NCBI GenBank assembly: GCA_036522415.1
Contig: DATDFV010000230.1
Coordinates: 43,783-107,782 of the forward strand
DNA from: Pyrinomonadaceae bacterium
GTDB lineage: Bacteria; Acidobacteriota; Blastocatellia; Pyrinomonadales; Pyrinomonadaceae
Length of the DNA stretch: 64,000 bases
Reading direction: 5' to 3'
Made by a program: the position numbers and the translations under genes. The first letter of the stretch is position 1. Each line of letters begins with the position of its first letter. Shown here in pieces: positions 47,269 through 58,225 of this stretch. Below the pieces are notes generated by a model. It was not told the DNA's origin. It searched no databases and saw only the letters and a program-made list of their open reading frames with translations.

Positions 47269-49305
47269 ATGGCAGCTCCTGCCGAAAATCAAAGCGCCAC
47301 TCTCCTAATTGTTGACGACGACCAATCGACTCGGGAGAGGCTGCGCGAAATCTTCGAAAATGCCGATTATCGCGTCGTAACCGCGACCGAGGCGTCGTCT
47401 GCCCTGCGGGTCTTGAAAGGCGTTCGGTGTGATCTTGTAGCTCTTGACCTCGAAATGCCTGGAGTAGACGGCCTCGCACTGTGCAAGTTACTCCGTGCGC
47501 AACCCATCACTGGCAAACTGCCGATCATCGCCCTATCAGAAAGTGATGACGAGACTCGCAAAGTGCAGGCATTTACCGCCGGAGCCGACGACTACATCAC
47601 TAAACCCTCAACCCCCGGTGAACTCCTCTCCCGCGTTAGCCTGCACGTTCGGACCTCGCAACGAGAGTGGGCACTGATTGGAAGCAATCGTGAATTGCGC
47701 TTTCTGTCCGATCTTGGTCGTGGACTATTGCGCGCGTTGGAACCCGAACAACTTGTGAGACGAGTCGCCGGGGCTACGTACGATGCGATGGACGCATCGC
47801 TATGTGCGGCCTATGTAAATGTCGGTCGCGACAAACACGTGGTTTGTGTTTTCGATCGAGAGGGAAGCGCCGACGATCCTTCTCTACTGAACGACGGGAG
47901 CTTGCATGACTGGCTGAGGTCTTCAAGTTCGGCGAGCTCATTAATGTTAACCGAAAAGAATGAGCTGCTACTTCAGGATGATCTGCATGCGATCGAGTAT
48001 GTCGCGCCGTTTCGGTTCGCGGGTCGCGCAAAGGGAGCATTGATTGTTGCCTTCGATCGTCGTGAAGACTGCAATGAAATAGAGCGGCGATTGATTGATG
48101 CGGCCGCTCAACAGACTTCACTTGCCGCGCATATCTGTTCGCTGTATCAGGCAGCGCGCGACACATCGTTCAGTCTGGCGAAAGAAGTTGAAAGACGAAC
48201 TGCTGAGAGTGAAGCGCAGAAGAGATTCATTGAAGCAATTATCGACAGCCTTCCCCTGTCGCTCTATGCAGTCGATCGTGATTACCGTGTAGTCGCGTGG
48301 AACCGCAACCGCGAACTTGGTGAACTCGGTATACCTCGCGGTTCAGCGATCGGCCAAAACGTTTTCAAAGTCTTGACGCGCCAACCGCGAGACGTTTTGG
48401 AACAGGAATTTTGTCGTGTCTTTGAGAGTGGCGAAATCGAACGCATCGAGCAGGAAACTATAACGGCGAAAGGCGAAGTAAGGTACTGGCTGATTAGTAA
48501 GATACCGATGTGGGCGGATACAAGCGGCGAAGTTACTCACGTGATAACCGTTGGCGAAGAAGTAACGGATCGGGTCGAAGCGAATCGCGCCGTTGCCCGC
48601 GCGGAAAAACTGGCGGCCGTTGGCCGTCTGGCTGCGGGCGTGGTCCACGAAATCAATAATCCACTAGCCACAATCTCAGCCTGTGCTGAATCGCTCGAGG
48701 CTCGTTTGAATGAGGGTGCATTTGATAACTCGCCGGAGGTGGAGGATCTGCGTGAATATCTCGGTTTGATTCGCAGTGAAGCCTTTCGTTGCAAGTCGAT
48801 CACCAATGGACTTCTTGACTTCAGTCGCACTCGTGCGTCCGATCATTCCTTCGTCAACCTCGGTGAAGTAATTACCTCTGCAATTCGACTCCTATCGCAT
48901 CAGAAACGTAGTTCAGCCGTCGAGTTCAAAGTCGAAATCGCTGAGAATCTGTTACCCGTATCCGGTGATCCGGGCCAATTGCAACAAGCGATCATCGCGC
49001 TCGCGACCAATGCGCTTGATGCGATGGTCATCAATGGCGTGCTGACCATCGTCGCAAAGAACAGTGCTAACAAAGTCGTGGTTGAAGTAATCGACAATGG
49101 CGTGGGCATAGAGGCAGAAAACCTTACTAAGATCTTCGAGCCCTTCTTTACGACGAAAGAGATTGGAAAGGGAACTGGTCTCGGCCTCGCAGTGTGTTAT
49201 GGTATCTTAACTGAGCATGGCGGTACGTTGGACGTGCAATCGACCCAGGGTGTTGGAACCACATTCACGATTACTCTTCCCGCAATTGGTCTAAACGAGG
49301 AATAG
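47269..49305 (+). CDS. hybrid sensor: N-terminal receiver + GAF + PAS + histidine kinase
   Basis: REC ([14 protein letters not shown]...DLEMPGVDG), H-box [11 protein letters not shown], and G-box GTGLGL. Confidence 0.85.
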   Translation: MAAPAENQSATLLIVDDDQSTRERLREIFENADYRVVTATEASSALRVLKGVRCDLVALDLEMPGVDGLALCKLLRAQPITGKLPIIALSESDDETRKVQAFTAGADDYITKPSTPGELLSRVSLHVRTSQREWALIGSNRELRFLSDLGRGLLRALEPEQLVRRVAGATYDAMDASLCAAYVNVGRDKHVVCVFDREGSADDPSLLNDGSLHDWLRSSSSASSLMLTEKNELLLQDDLHAIEYVAPFRFAGRAKGALIVAFDRREDCNEIERRLIDAAAQQTSLAAHICSLYQAARDTSFSLAKEVERRTAESEAQKRFIEAIIDSLPLSLYAVDRDYRVVAWNRNRELGELGIPRGSAIGQNVFKVLTRQPRDVLEQEFCRVFESGEIERIEQETITAKGEVRYWLISKIPMWADTSGEVTHVITVGEEVTDRVEANRAVARAEKLAAVGRLAAGVVHEINNPLATISACAESLEARLNEGAFDNSPEVEDLREYLGLIRSEAFRCKSITNGLLDFSRTRASDHSFVNLGEVITSAIRLLSHQKRSSAVEFKVEIAENLLPVSGDPGQLQQAIIALATNALDAMVINGVLTIVAKNSANKVVVEVIDNGVGIEAENLTKIFEPFFTTKEIGKGTGLGLAVCYGILTEHGGTLDVQSTQGVGTTFTITLPAIGLNEE

Positions 49306-49310
49306 AAGGC

Positions 49311-50711
49311 TTGAGTGAACAACAACAGCCGCGAATTTTGATTGCCGAAGACGAAGCCAACCTCAGGCTGGTGCTGCAGAAGGAACTCGAACGATTAGGT
49401 TATCGAGTTCAAGCGGCGGCGGACGGTGAGGCAGCTCTTAGAAAGCTCGAGGAAAGTAACGTTGATGTGCTGTTATGTGATATCAACATGCCTCGTATGG
49501 ACGGCATGGAACTTCTACGACGAGTCCATGAGCGGCCAAATCCCCCTGAAGTAATTATGCTCACTGGCCAGGCCACTGTTGAAACAGCAGTGGAAGCCAT
49601 GAAGTTGGGAGCTTACGACTACCTCACAAAACCATATCGAATTACTGAGCTCGACGTTCGAGTCAAGCAGGCAGCTGACAAGCGTAAGCTTCGCGTTGAT
49701 AACGTGAGGCTACGTGAACAACTCGCCCGGCAATCAGCGTTACCGGAAATCGTTTCTGTTTCGGAAGTCATGAAAGAAGCGATCCGACTGATTGAGCGAG
49801 TTGCTCCCTCTGAGGCGTCGGTGTTGATTACGGGAGAGTCAGGAACTGGTAAAGAACTGGTGGCGCATGCCATTCACCGTCTGTCCAGTCGTTCCGATGC
49901 TTCCTTCGTGGATTTGAACTGCGCTGCGTTTCAGGAATCGTTGCTTGAATCGGAATTGTTTGGCTACGAAGCAGGCGCCTTTTCCGGAGCGAAAGGAAGA
50001 AAGCTTGGTCTTATTGAGCTTGCGGATGGTGGCACATTATTCCTGGACGAAGTTACTGAACTGCCCGCTCAGCTTCAGGCAAAACTCTTGCGGGCCATTG
50101 AAACCCGCACATTCTTTCGTGTAGGTGGAGTTCGGAAAGTTGAAGTGAATGTACGGATTGTTGCGGCCACGAATCGCAATCTGGAAGCGGTTGTTAACGA
50201 TGGTATCTTTCGATCCGATCTGCTTTACCGCGTCAATGGATTTCAGATCAGCCTTGCGCCTTTACGTGAGCGTCCCGAAGACATCGAACCACTTGCTCGC
50301 CATCTTCTTAAGCAAGTCGGCGGCACCAATCCGCCGGAGCTTACGCCGGACGCATTCGCGGCGTTGCGAGCCTATAATTGGCCGGGTAACGTTCGACAGT
50401 TGAAGAACTGTTTGGAGCGTGCGGTGATTCTTTCAAACAACGGCAGGATTACTGTCTCAGAATTGCCACCGGAAGTTCTCAGACCGGTTGTAGCAACACC
50501 GGGAGCAATTGCTGTTTCGGTTAGTGCGGAAGTTCCTGTCGCCCCTGGTTCCGCTTCTCCAGGTTCTCTCCGCGAAGTTGAGCGTCAGCAGATCCTTGCT
50601 GCTCTCGAACAAACTGGCTGGCACCGGGGCAAGACCGCTGAAATCTTAGGTATCTCTCCTTCAACACTCTACCGCCGACTGCGCGACTACGATCTGGAGC
50701 GGAGAAGATAG
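49311..50711 (+). CDS. sigma-54-dependent response regulator (NtrC family)
   Basis: REC + AAA+ (GESGTGKE, GAFSGA, ESELFG) + C-terminal Fis-type HTH. Confidence 0.9.
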   Translation: MSEQQQPRILIAEDEANLRLVLQKELERLGYRVQAAADGEAALRKLEESNVDVLLCDINMPRMDGMELLRRVHERPNPPEVIMLTGQATVETAVEAMKLGAYDYLTKPYRITELDVRVKQAADKRKLRVDNVRLREQLARQSALPEIVSVSEVMKEAIRLIERVAPSEASVLITGESGTGKELVAHAIHRLSSRSDASFVDLNCAAFQESLLESELFGYEAGAFSGAKGRKLGLIELADGGTLFLDEVTELPAQLQAKLLRAIETRTFFRVGGVRKVEVNVRIVAATNRNLEAVVNDGIFRSDLLYRVNGFQISLAPLRERPEDIEPLARHLLKQVGGTNPPELTPDAFAALRAYNWPGNVRQLKNCLERAVILSNNGRITVSELPPEVLRPVVATPGAIAVSVSAEVPVAPGSASPGSLREVERQQILAALEQTGWHRGKTAEILGISPSTLYRRLRDYDLERRR

Positions 50712-50831
50712 AGCGTCCACAGATTACACAGATTTCTTTTATTGAATTCAGGGTAAAGTTCTTGTCGGTGAGAATGAAGGCGTCGAAGTCTGAGTAAAAG
50801 AATCTGCGTAATCTGCGTAATCTGCGGATAG

Positions 50832-52400
50832 CTAGTCTTGCTTGAGTTTTTTGCGATCTGTCTTGCCGCGATCGTTTTTAGGAATGCTGTCAATGAACTC
50901 GATCCAACGCGGATATTTGTATGCGGCAATCCTCGTCTTAACGAAGAGCTTTATTTCCTCAGCTAGTTGCTCATCAGCAGCATACCCTTCCCTCGGAACA
51001 ACGAACGCCTTCGGTTTGGTCAATCCGTCTACTTCATGACCCACTACTGCACACTCAAGAACAGCTGCATGCTGTAGCAAACAGTTCTCAATTTCGGCGG
51101 GAGCGACGTAAATTCCCGAAACCTTCAGCATGTCGTCGGTACGACCGTGATACCAGTAATATCCATCCTGGTCCACGTGAAATTGATCACCACTTGTGCA
51201 CCAGTCACCAGCGAACGTCTCTTTTGATTTTTCATGGGCCTGCCAGTAACAAAGCGCCGCTGAGTCACCCTTTATCTTCAACGTGCCCATCTCTCCCACA
51301 CCGACTTCCGTTCCGTCGCCGTCCACTATCTTTGCCTCATAACCCTCGACGATTCTTCCGAGGCTGCCCGGCTTTATGTCGCCTGGCCTGTTCGTTATGT
51401 AGATATGAAACATCTCCGCTGAACCAATGCCATCACAAATCTCTACGCCGAACGTCCTGGTCCAACGTTCATACAACTCAATCGGTAGTGCTTCGCCGGC
51501 TGAGTAACAGAAACGCAAGCTCTTAACGTCATCAGCCGATGCGTCATCTACATTCAGCATCGAATTGATCATCGTCGGTACGGTCGTAAGGATGGTGGGT
51601 CTGTAACGTTTGATAACTTCAAACATCTTCTCGGGGGTAGAACGCTCTGCAAACAGTGCAGTAGCGCCGCCGACCGCAAACGGAAACAAGAGGTTCGTGC
51701 CTGTTGCGTAACCGAAGAAGAGTTTCGGTACCGACACTGTCAGATCCGCAGCATTAACTCCCATCGTGGCTTTTGCAAACACTTCCGTGTTGTAAGGCAA
51801 ATCGTGTTGTAGATGGACCGCGCCTTTTGGATGACCCGTTGATCCTGAAGTGAAAAGCCATATCGCAATATCGTCGCGGCGGGTATCGGCTCGTGGACAT
51901 CGATCACTCGCGGAAGTCACCAATTCGTCAAACTTCGCCCACTTGATACACGACCGGCTGTCAGCCTGTCGTTTTGCGGTTTCACCCACCACGAGCACAG
52001 CACGCAGATGCCGACTATCTTTCACTGCTTCTGCAAACGTTTCGGCGATTGAATGATGCACAACAGCGACTCGTGCGCGCGTGTAGTCGAGATAGTATTG
52101 ATAATCGCTCGCCGGAAGCATTGGGTTCACCATCGTAATAACTGCCCCAATGCGGGCCGCTCCAAACCACGTCCAAACAAATTCGGGACAGTCCGGCAGA
52201 ACCATCAGGATTCGTTCCTCGACGTCAAGTCCGAAATCACGCAGCACGCTTCCGGTCTTGTTTGACAAAGACGCAACTTCACCATAGGTCCATTTGCTAT
52301 CTTCAAAGTACAGGCAGACTTTCTCATTACGACCTTCATCAAGATTGTGATAAAGGAAGTAGTCGGACATGTTGAAATGTTCGGGGAAGGTTAACGGCAT
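50832..52400 (-). CDS. aromatic acid-CoA ligase of the benzoate/2-aminobenzoate-CoA ligase family
   Basis: AMP-binding motif TSGSTGHPKG. N-terminal FLYHNLDEGRNEKVCLYFED...WTYGEV is typical of benzoate-CoA ligases. Co-located with kynA/kynU. Confidence 0.8.
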   Translation of the reverse strand: MPLTFPEHFNMSDYFLYHNLDEGRNEKVCLYFEDSKWTYGEVASLSNKTGSVLRDFGLDVEERILMVLPDCPEFVWTWFGAARIGAVITMVNPMLPASDYQYYLDYTRARVAVVHHSIAETFAEAVKDSRHLRAVLVVGETAKRQADSRSCIKWAKFDELVTSASDRCPRADTRRDDIAIWLFTSGSTGHPKGAVHLQHDLPYNTEVFAKATMGVNAADLTVSVPKLFFGYATGTNLLFPFAVGGATALFAERSTPEKMFEVIKRYRPTILTTVPTMINSMLNVDDASADDVKSLRFCYSAGEALPIELYERWTRTFGVEICDGIGSAEMFHIYITNRPGDIKPGSLGRIVEGYEAKIVDGDGTEVGVGEMGTLKIKGDSAALCYWQAHEKSKETFAGDWCTSGDQFHVDQDGYYWYHGRTDDMLKVSGIYVAPAEIENCLLQHAAVLECAVVGHEVDGLTKPKAFVVPREGYAADEQLAEEIKLFVKTRIAAYKYPRWIEFIDSIPKNDRGKTDRKKLKQD

Positions 52401-52406
52401 AACATT

Positions 52407-52600
52407 CTTTGTATTTTGTGCTTTGTGCCTGGTGTCCCGGGATCAACCGATTCTTCTCTGCGCCACCTCTGCGTTCTCTGAGTCTCTGCGGTAGTAGAAT
52501 GCAGGTGCCCGATCCTTACCGCAGAGACGCAGAGAACGCAGAGGTGGCGCAGAGAAGAATCGGTTGATCCCGGGACACCAAGCACAAGTACAAAGATCAA
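52407..52600. repeat. family E composite nested palindrome (TTTGTNC and TCTCTGC modules) between pilZ and the ligase gene
   Basis: ctttgtattttgtgctttgtgcc...ctctgcgccacctctgcgttctctgagtctctgcgg, a 28-nt loop, then the inverted copy ...ggcacaagtacaaag. Confidence 0.85.
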
Positions 52601-52923
52601 AGCTCACGGGCCGATTGTTGCGCGATGTAATCAACCAGCATTTTTTCATCGTCATCAGAAATGGAATTGAATCTAACCGCGAAACCAATCTCTGATGCGG
52701 CATCAACAACCTCGCACCACATATGAATCCACGGCTGGTTCGGAAGTTGAATCTCCAAAGAAATCAGCTCACGCACCTCAACAGTCCCGCCAGTTAAAAC
52801 GAAACATCCATTAACACTCAGATCCGTAACGGCGGCCTCGGTGCGGTTCAGCACGCCTTCCCAACGGGCAGGCAAATTAACGCGAATCCGCGGTGCGTTT
52901 CTCCTGTCCTTATTCATAGTCAT
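52597..52923 (-). CDS. PilZ-domain protein
   Basis: RIRVNLPARW...DLSVNGCFV (RxxxR and DxSxxG). Confidence 0.7.
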   Translation of the reverse strand: MTMNKDRRNAPRIRVNLPARWEGVLNRTEAAVTDLSVNGCFVLTGGTVEVRELISLEIQLPNQPWIHMWCEVVDAASEIGFAVRFNSISDDDEKMLVDYIAQQSAREL

Positions 52924-52938
52924 TTTCTCGAATCGAAT

Positions 52939-53793
52939 TTACTGACTTGCAAAAGGGCAACCGCTCTTGCCGTGATTGAGGTCGAGGTACGTCCGCGCTT
53001 CCCAAAGTTCGGGAAAAAACTTTTTGTCGAGCGTTGTCTTTAAGTAACCGATACCTTCAGACCCTCCTGTTCCCTTCTTGGCGCCGACCATTCGTTCCAC
53101 CATTTTGATGTGGTGTGATCGCCAGAGCGAAAAGTATTCATCATGTTCCAGGAGCGCTTCCGTTAATTGAAACTCTTCATAGCGTTCCTCGAAGTGTGTG
53201 AGAATCTCGAGTATCGCCTCCGTTCGCTTACCGTAATTGCTCCTTTGCGTATTTGGATCATCTCCGACATCCCGGGGCACATTGAATCCGCGTTTTTCCA
53301 GTGCTGCAAAAAACGCGTCAGCTAGTGAAGGATTAGCCGCACGAACCTTCAGACGTTCGTACGCGAAGCTATCTCGCGCAAACTCTTCGAGAATGTGCTG
53401 GTCCGTTAAACCGGATGAGAACTCGATTTCTCTGAACTGCATTGATTGAAAACCGCTGGCCGGGTTCAGTTGATCTCTAAACGCCAGGAAACTAATCGGC
53501 GTCATACTCTCGAGAATATGAATCTGATTCACAAGCAGCTTTTCAATCTCGACCACTCTTTTTATGGCACGTGTGGCAACAGGAATACGGTCATCGTTGA
53601 GTGAAGCAATTGCTGCATCGAGTTCGTGAAGAATCTGCTTGAACCAGAGTTCGTAGGCCTGATGGACTGTAATGAAAAGCAGTTCGTCATGATGAACCGG
53701 ATCTGAGAGACAGTTCTGGAGGTTAATGAGATCCGGAACGCGCAAGTACTGGTTGTAACTGAGTGGTGGATTATCGCCGTAGTCTTTAGGCAT
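52939..53793 (-). CDS. kynA: tryptophan 2,3-dioxygenase
   Basis: TDO family (LSYNQYLRVPDLINLQ..., heme-pocket motifs). Confidence 0.85.
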   Translation of the reverse strand: MPKDYGDNPPLSYNQYLRVPDLINLQNCLSDPVHHDELLFITVHQAYELWFKQILHELDAAIASLNDDRIPVATRAIKRVVEIEKLLVNQIHILESMTPISFLAFRDQLNPASGFQSMQFREIEFSSGLTDQHILEEFARDSFAYERLKVRAANPSLADAFFAALEKRGFNVPRDVGDDPNTQRSNYGKRTEAILEILTHFEERYEEFQLTEALLEHDEYFSLWRSHHIKMVERMVGAKKGTGGSEGIGYLKTTLDKKFFPELWEARTYLDLNHGKSGCPFASQ

Positions 53794-53813
53794 TTCGTTC
53801 GTGGTCTTGGCTT

Positions 53814-53914
53814 AGATCTCAGATCCCAGATCCCAGATCCCAGATCTCAGATTCCAGATGGACCCGCAGATCTGCGTTCTGAGATCTGGGATCTGTGATC
53901 TGAGATCTGAGATC
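53814..53914. repeat. family A heptamer-array palindrome between kynU and kynA
   Basis: agatctc agatccc agatccc agatccc agatctc agattcc...gagatct gggatct gtgatct gagatct gagatc. Confidence 0.85.
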
Positions 53915-55100
53915 AAAACGCTGCTCCCGCGGTCTCGTGCAGTTCAAATGCTCGAGTTTCTCGAATCTTCTTCATCTCCTCGATCACCAGCTTTAACTCA
54001 TCGTCCGTTGTATAAAAGTGCGGCGAGATTCGAACACCGGCGCCGGGCCGATAGTCAATGACGAATTCGCGCCGTACAAGTTCCTTCGCCATCGACGATG
54101 CATTTTCGTGCGCAACAGTGACGGTGCCTCCACGACGCGCTGACTCTTTTGGACTGGTTACCTCAAAGCCTGCTTCCTCTGCCAGCGCGATTAACAAATC
54201 CGTCTGACGGATACTCTTCTGTCTTATGCGATCTAGGCCTATCTCATTAATGATTTTGTAACCAGATTGGGCTGCGTACAAAGCTGGAATTGCCGGCGAA
54301 CCATGGAGAAAGCGGGTGATGTTTGGGGCATAACGCAGTGAGGTGTCGAATGCGAAAGGTGATTCGTGCGCCATCCATCCAGTTGTTTTAGGCTCAAGCT
54401 TTTGTTGCAGGTCCGGCCTGACGTAAAGATAGCCGGCGCCTGGGCCACCGCAAAGCCACTTAACAGAACCTCCGGTAGCAAAGTCAGCATTCAACTCTTT
54501 GACACTAAATGGAACTGTACCGGCGGACTGATACGTATCCAGGACTACCATCGCTCCAACTTCATGAGCACGATCGATAATCGCTTTTGCGTCCTGAAGG
54601 AACGCGCTCTTGAAGAGAACATGCGAGAACGGAACAAGCAGAGTTGATTCATCAATCGCTTCCAGCATTCGCTCGAGCGGTATCGTAATTCCATCATCCG
54701 ATTTGACTGTTTCAATGCGCATCCTGCCGTCACGAGCATGCGCCTCGTACACGTACATGACTGAAGGGAAGTTTAGTTCTGAATAAACGATCTTGTTCCG
54801 CTGAGGTGTTGGCTCGAGACATGAAATAATCAATGACTCGCAAATAGAAACGTTCTGATGCATCACGACCGTACCCGGATCGGCGCCGATGATCCGAGCG
54901 ACTTCATCACCGACAGTTACTGGCATGTCCCACCAACCTTCAGCCCATGCACGCACACCGCGCGTTGCCCAAATGTCGGCGTATTCGTGTAGTCGATCGT
55001 AGGTTTCCCTGGGCATAGCCCCGAGACTATGCGAAATCAGGTAGACAGTTTTATCGAGGATCGGAAACTCGCGTCGCCAGTGTAAAAGTTCGTCGGTCAA
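53913..55100 (-). CDS. kynU: kynureninase
   Basis: Class V aminotransferase fold with a kynureninase-type N-terminus (WRREFPILDKTVYLISHSLG) and a PLP lysine region. Confidence 0.85.
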   Translation of the reverse strand: MTDELLHWRREFPILDKTVYLISHSLGAMPRETYDRLHEYADIWATRGVRAWAEGWWDMPVTVGDEVARIIGADPGTVVMHQNVSICESLIISCLEPTPQRNKIVYSELNFPSVMYVYEAHARDGRMRIETVKSDDGITIPLERMLEAIDESTLLVPFSHVLFKSAFLQDAKAIIDRAHEVGAMVVLDTYQSAGTVPFSVKELNADFATGGSVKWLCGGPGAGYLYVRPDLQQKLEPKTTGWMAHESPFAFDTSLRYAPNITRFLHGSPAIPALYAAQSGYKIINEIGLDRIRQKSIRQTDLLIALAEEAGFEVTSPKESARRGGTVTVAHENASSMAKELVRREFVIDYRPGAGVRISPHFYTTDDELKLVIEEMKKIRETRAFELHETAGAAF

Positions 55101-55171
55101 AAGAGTCCTCCTGAGCTTTACTTTAGCACAGCGGCAGTTGGGAAGGGTGCAAGCGGCGAATGTCGGATATG

Positions 55172-55344
55172 CTTTAGAGGCTCTTGCAAAAAGGCCCCAC
55201 GGTCCTGGGAGCGCAGGCGTCCTCGCCTGCCCGTGTCCCGTCTAACCAACAACCATTGAAGGAGTTGGTTGCGCTGGACACGGGCAGGCGAGGACGCCTG
55301 CGCTCCCAGGACCGTGGGGCCTTTTTGTAAGAGCCTCTTTAGCT
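55172..55344. repeat. family C REPIN, about 170-bp near-perfect palindrome
   Basis: ctttagaggctcttgcaaaaaggccccacggtcctgggagcgcaggcgtcctcgcctgcccgtgtcc...ggacacgggcaggcgaggacgcctgcgctcccaggaccgtggggcctttttgtaagagcctctttag. Confidence 0.9.
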
Positions 55345-55492
55345 TGTCGTGACTTGAAAGCGGACCCGATCGGTTTCAATGATCGCTCGTGTTGGTCACA
55401 TACCGACAAGACAGACGCATATCGAACACTCGCCGCTTGCCTCCTTCCCGACTGCGCATTCAATTGTGTCGTGGTAAATTGCTTGTGATCCA

Positions 55493-56974
55493 ATGTGGAA
55501 GTTTCCCAAGCCCATTCGTCATTCGATTCCAGATACAGTCTGGCCAACAGCCGATGAGGCAGCCGAGTCGCTACTCTTTCAACCGATTCAGATTGGACCT
55601 CTGACTGCAAGAAGTCGAACCTGGGTTCCAGCGATGGTTCCCTGGCGAGCTACCGAAGATGGCTTTGTAACCCCTCAAAACCTGGACTGGTATCGTCGTT
55701 TCGCTGAAGGCAAACCCGGAGTTCTGGTTGTTGAGGCAACAGGCGTTCGCGATATTCCCAGTGGCCCTTTGCTTCGTATCGGAGATGATCGGTTCCTCCC
55801 TGGATTACGCAAGTTAGTGGAGGTTGTTAAGGAGGCGAGTGATGGAGAAACGTTGCTGTTTATTCAGATCATTGATTTCCTTGCCGTGAAGAGACGTCCC
55901 GAGAAAGACAAGTACTTAGATCGTTTTCTGAAAATCAATGACTCGCATCGAGAAGCGTTGGTCCACCTGAGCGGTAATGAGCAATGGCAAACTGCCTCAG
56001 ACATTCAAGTGCAGGAGTTCCTGAAGAATACGTCCGATGAAATCCTCGACCAGGTTTTGAGTGAACGAGAGATCGAAGCACTGAGATTTGGATATCGAGA
56101 GCGGGTTACGGACATTCATCTCCCACACATTAAGAACCTTCCAAACGAGTTACCCGCGATCTTTTCAGCAGCGGCGGAACGCGCGCGTTTGGCTGGCTTC
56201 GATGGAGTTGAGCTTCATTACGCACACGCTTACACGATGGCTGGGTTTCTCAGTGCGCAAAACGATCGTAATGATGGATATGGCGGTTCTCGAGAGAATC
56301 GAGTTCGGTTACCGATTGAAGTTTATCGCGACGTGCGTAAGTGCGTGGGTGACGATTATGTGGTTGGTGTTCGCTTTCTCGCCGACGAGGTGATCACCGG
56401 AGGCAGTCGGATTGAAGATGCTGCGTTTTATGCGGTCGAGTTTGCGTGTGCGGGGTTTGATTTCCTTTCACTCTCAAAGGGTGGCAAGTTTGAAGACGCT
56501 CAACAGCCGAAAGTCGGACAGGCGGTTTATCCATACACGGGACAAAGTGGTTACGAGTGTATGCCGACGGTGTTGTCAGATGAAAGAGGTCCATTCGGAA
56601 GAACTGTTCCGTTAGTTGAGATCATTAAGACGCGCGTAAACGGTGCGGACTTTAAGACACCCATTGTCGCGACCGGTGGAATAAGTACCTTTGCGCAGGC
56701 TGAGGCAATATTGAGGAACAAGCAAGCTGACATTGTTGGTATGGCAAGGCAAGCGCTCGCTGATCCCGATTGGTTCATAAAAGTGAAACTGGGACGGGGT
56801 GATGAAGTGCGAAGGTGTACTTACACAAACTACTGTGAGGCACTCGATCAAGCGCATCGACCAGTAACGTGCAAGCTATGGGATCGCGTTGATCTGGATG
56901 AAGATGGAATAGCCCTGATTGACGATGGTCGTCGCCGATTGGAACCGCCCAGTTGGAATTCGCTTCGGCGGTGA
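55493..56974 (+). CDS. Old Yellow Enzyme-family FMN oxidoreductase (2,4-dienoyl-CoA-reductase-like, extended)
   Basis: LLFQPIQIGPLTARSRTWVPAMV N-terminus and a TIM-barrel OYE signature (HYAHAYTMAGFLS). Confidence 0.75.
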   Translation: MWKFPKPIRHSIPDTVWPTADEAAESLLFQPIQIGPLTARSRTWVPAMVPWRATEDGFVTPQNLDWYRRFAEGKPGVLVVEATGVRDIPSGPLLRIGDDRFLPGLRKLVEVVKEASDGETLLFIQIIDFLAVKRRPEKDKYLDRFLKINDSHREALVHLSGNEQWQTASDIQVQEFLKNTSDEILDQVLSEREIEALRFGYRERVTDIHLPHIKNLPNELPAIFSAAAERARLAGFDGVELHYAHAYTMAGFLSAQNDRNDGYGGSRENRVRLPIEVYRDVRKCVGDDYVVGVRFLADEVITGGSRIEDAAFYAVEFACAGFDFLSLSKGGKFEDAQQPKVGQAVYPYTGQSGYECMPTVLSDERGPFGRTVPLVEIIKTRVNGADFKTPIVATGGISTFAQAEAILRNKQADIVGMARQALADPDWFIKVKLGRGDEVRRCTYTNYCEALDQAHRPVTCKLWDRVDLDEDGIALIDDGRRRLEPPSWNSLRR

Positions 56975-57046
56975 ATTGTAGTTGTTAACTCGCTGCCAGA
57001 ATAGAACAGTAAGGAAGGGTGGTTACCCCCGCCGTTCCCCGACGAA

Positions 57047-58219
57047 TCACATCGGCAAAAGCGGGGGTAAACCACCCTTCCTCACTTGTTCTTCGTCCAA
57101 GTTGACTTCATACGCAGCAACGAATTCGGGATCTCGCTTCTTCAATTCCTCGAAACTGACTCGCCCACTCCTCATCATCACAGAAAGTGCGAGTTCGTAC
57201 GGGGAAAGGTGCATATAGCTTCCGGCATTTTCAAACCAGATCATGCTGTCAAACGCAGCGGCTTGATAGTCTTCAATGACAGGTTTTCGTTTCTGCTCAA
57301 AGCTCCTCAATGCGTCTTTGACGATCGGAGTTTCGGCGAAGCATTGCGCAAGCTCGATCGAGTCTTCCATAGCCAGCTTCGTTCCCGAGCCAATTGAAAA
57401 GTGTGCGGTGTGAAGAGCGTCGCCGAGAAGTACGACGTTCTCAAACCACCACGCGCGGTTCTTAACTAACAGGAAATTGAGCCACTTCGAATTATTTGAA
57501 AGGAGAGGTTCTCCTTCAAGATCCTTTCCGAAAACACCAGCCAGGTATGCACGAGCGTCATCATCGGTCATCTCTGCGAAACGCGCGTTGTTCCATGTCT
57601 GCGGATCGCATTCAACAATGAACGTGCTGGTATCGTGGTTGAATTTGTAAGAGTGCGCGGCGAATGTTCCCGCTGCGTTTTGACGAAAGGTCAGTGTCAG
57701 ACCGTGAAACAAATGACGAGTGCCATACCAGATGTAACGGTGAGCACGGAGATCGAGTGTCGGGTTGAACTCATCCGCGTGGCGATTTCGAATGAGGCTG
57801 TTTACACCGTCGGCGCCCACCAACAGATCGCAGTCTTGTCTCAAAGTGTCAAAGTCGCTGATTTCACTGCGAAAGTTAATTTCAACACCCAGGTCGAGCG
57901 CTCGCTGCTGGAGAATTTTCAGAAGGCGGAGACGTGCAATGCCAGAGAAACTGTTTCCGTGAATCGAGATCTTGCTGTCGTGGTGAACGACATCAACGTT
58001 GTCCCAGGCCTCGAACTCTCTCGTGATAGCTGCATGTGATTCCTCATCGGCAGCACGCAGGTTCGCCAGCGTTTTACCTGAAAAGACAACACCCCAACCA
58101 AATGTGTCGTCAGCACCATTACGTTCGAAGATACTGATCTCCTGAGCCGGCTGCGCCTTCTTCATGAGGATCGCGAAGTACAAACCTGCCGGCCCACCAC
58201 CGATGATGTTGATTTTCAT
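57047..58219 (-). CDS. class A FAD-dependent monooxygenase (aromatic hydroxylase type)
   Basis: GGGPAGL dinucleotide fold, DG motif (LVGADGVNS), GD motif (LLGDALH). Confidence 0.85.
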   Translation of the reverse strand: MKINIIGGGPAGLYFAILMKKAQPAQEISIFERNGADDTFGWGVVFSGKTLANLRAADEESHAAITREFEAWDNVDVVHHDSKISIHGNSFSGIARLRLLKILQQRALDLGVEINFRSEISDFDTLRQDCDLLVGADGVNSLIRNRHADEFNPTLDLRAHRYIWYGTRHLFHGLTLTFRQNAAGTFAAHSYKFNHDTSTFIVECDPQTWNNARFAEMTDDDARAYLAGVFGKDLEGEPLLSNNSKWLNFLLVKNRAWWFENVVLLGDALHTAHFSIGSGTKLAMEDSIELAQCFAETPIVKDALRSFEQKRKPVIEDYQAAAFDSMIWFENAGSYMHLSPYELALSVMMRSGRVSFEELKKRDPEFVAAYEVNLDEEQVRKGGLPPLLPM

Positions 58220-58225
58220 CTCTTT

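Noticed and set aside
50801-50828. Tandem 9-mer aatctgcgt x3 just downstream of the CoA-ligase stop
   Set aside because: Too short to interpret and only three copies. Possibly related to the TCTGCG modules of family E but not palindromic here.
7906-53914. Tandem short repeats (family A, AGATCYC) could superficially look like a CRISPR array
   Set aside because: The repeat unit is 7 nt with no 25-40-nt unique spacers. The arrays are palindromic and there are no cas genes. This is not CRISPR.
55242-55610. 122-aa minus-strand ORF
   Set aside because: It overlaps the 170-bp family C REPIN palindrome and the 5' region of the OYE gene. It has no RBS or domain and is a repeat-driven artefact.
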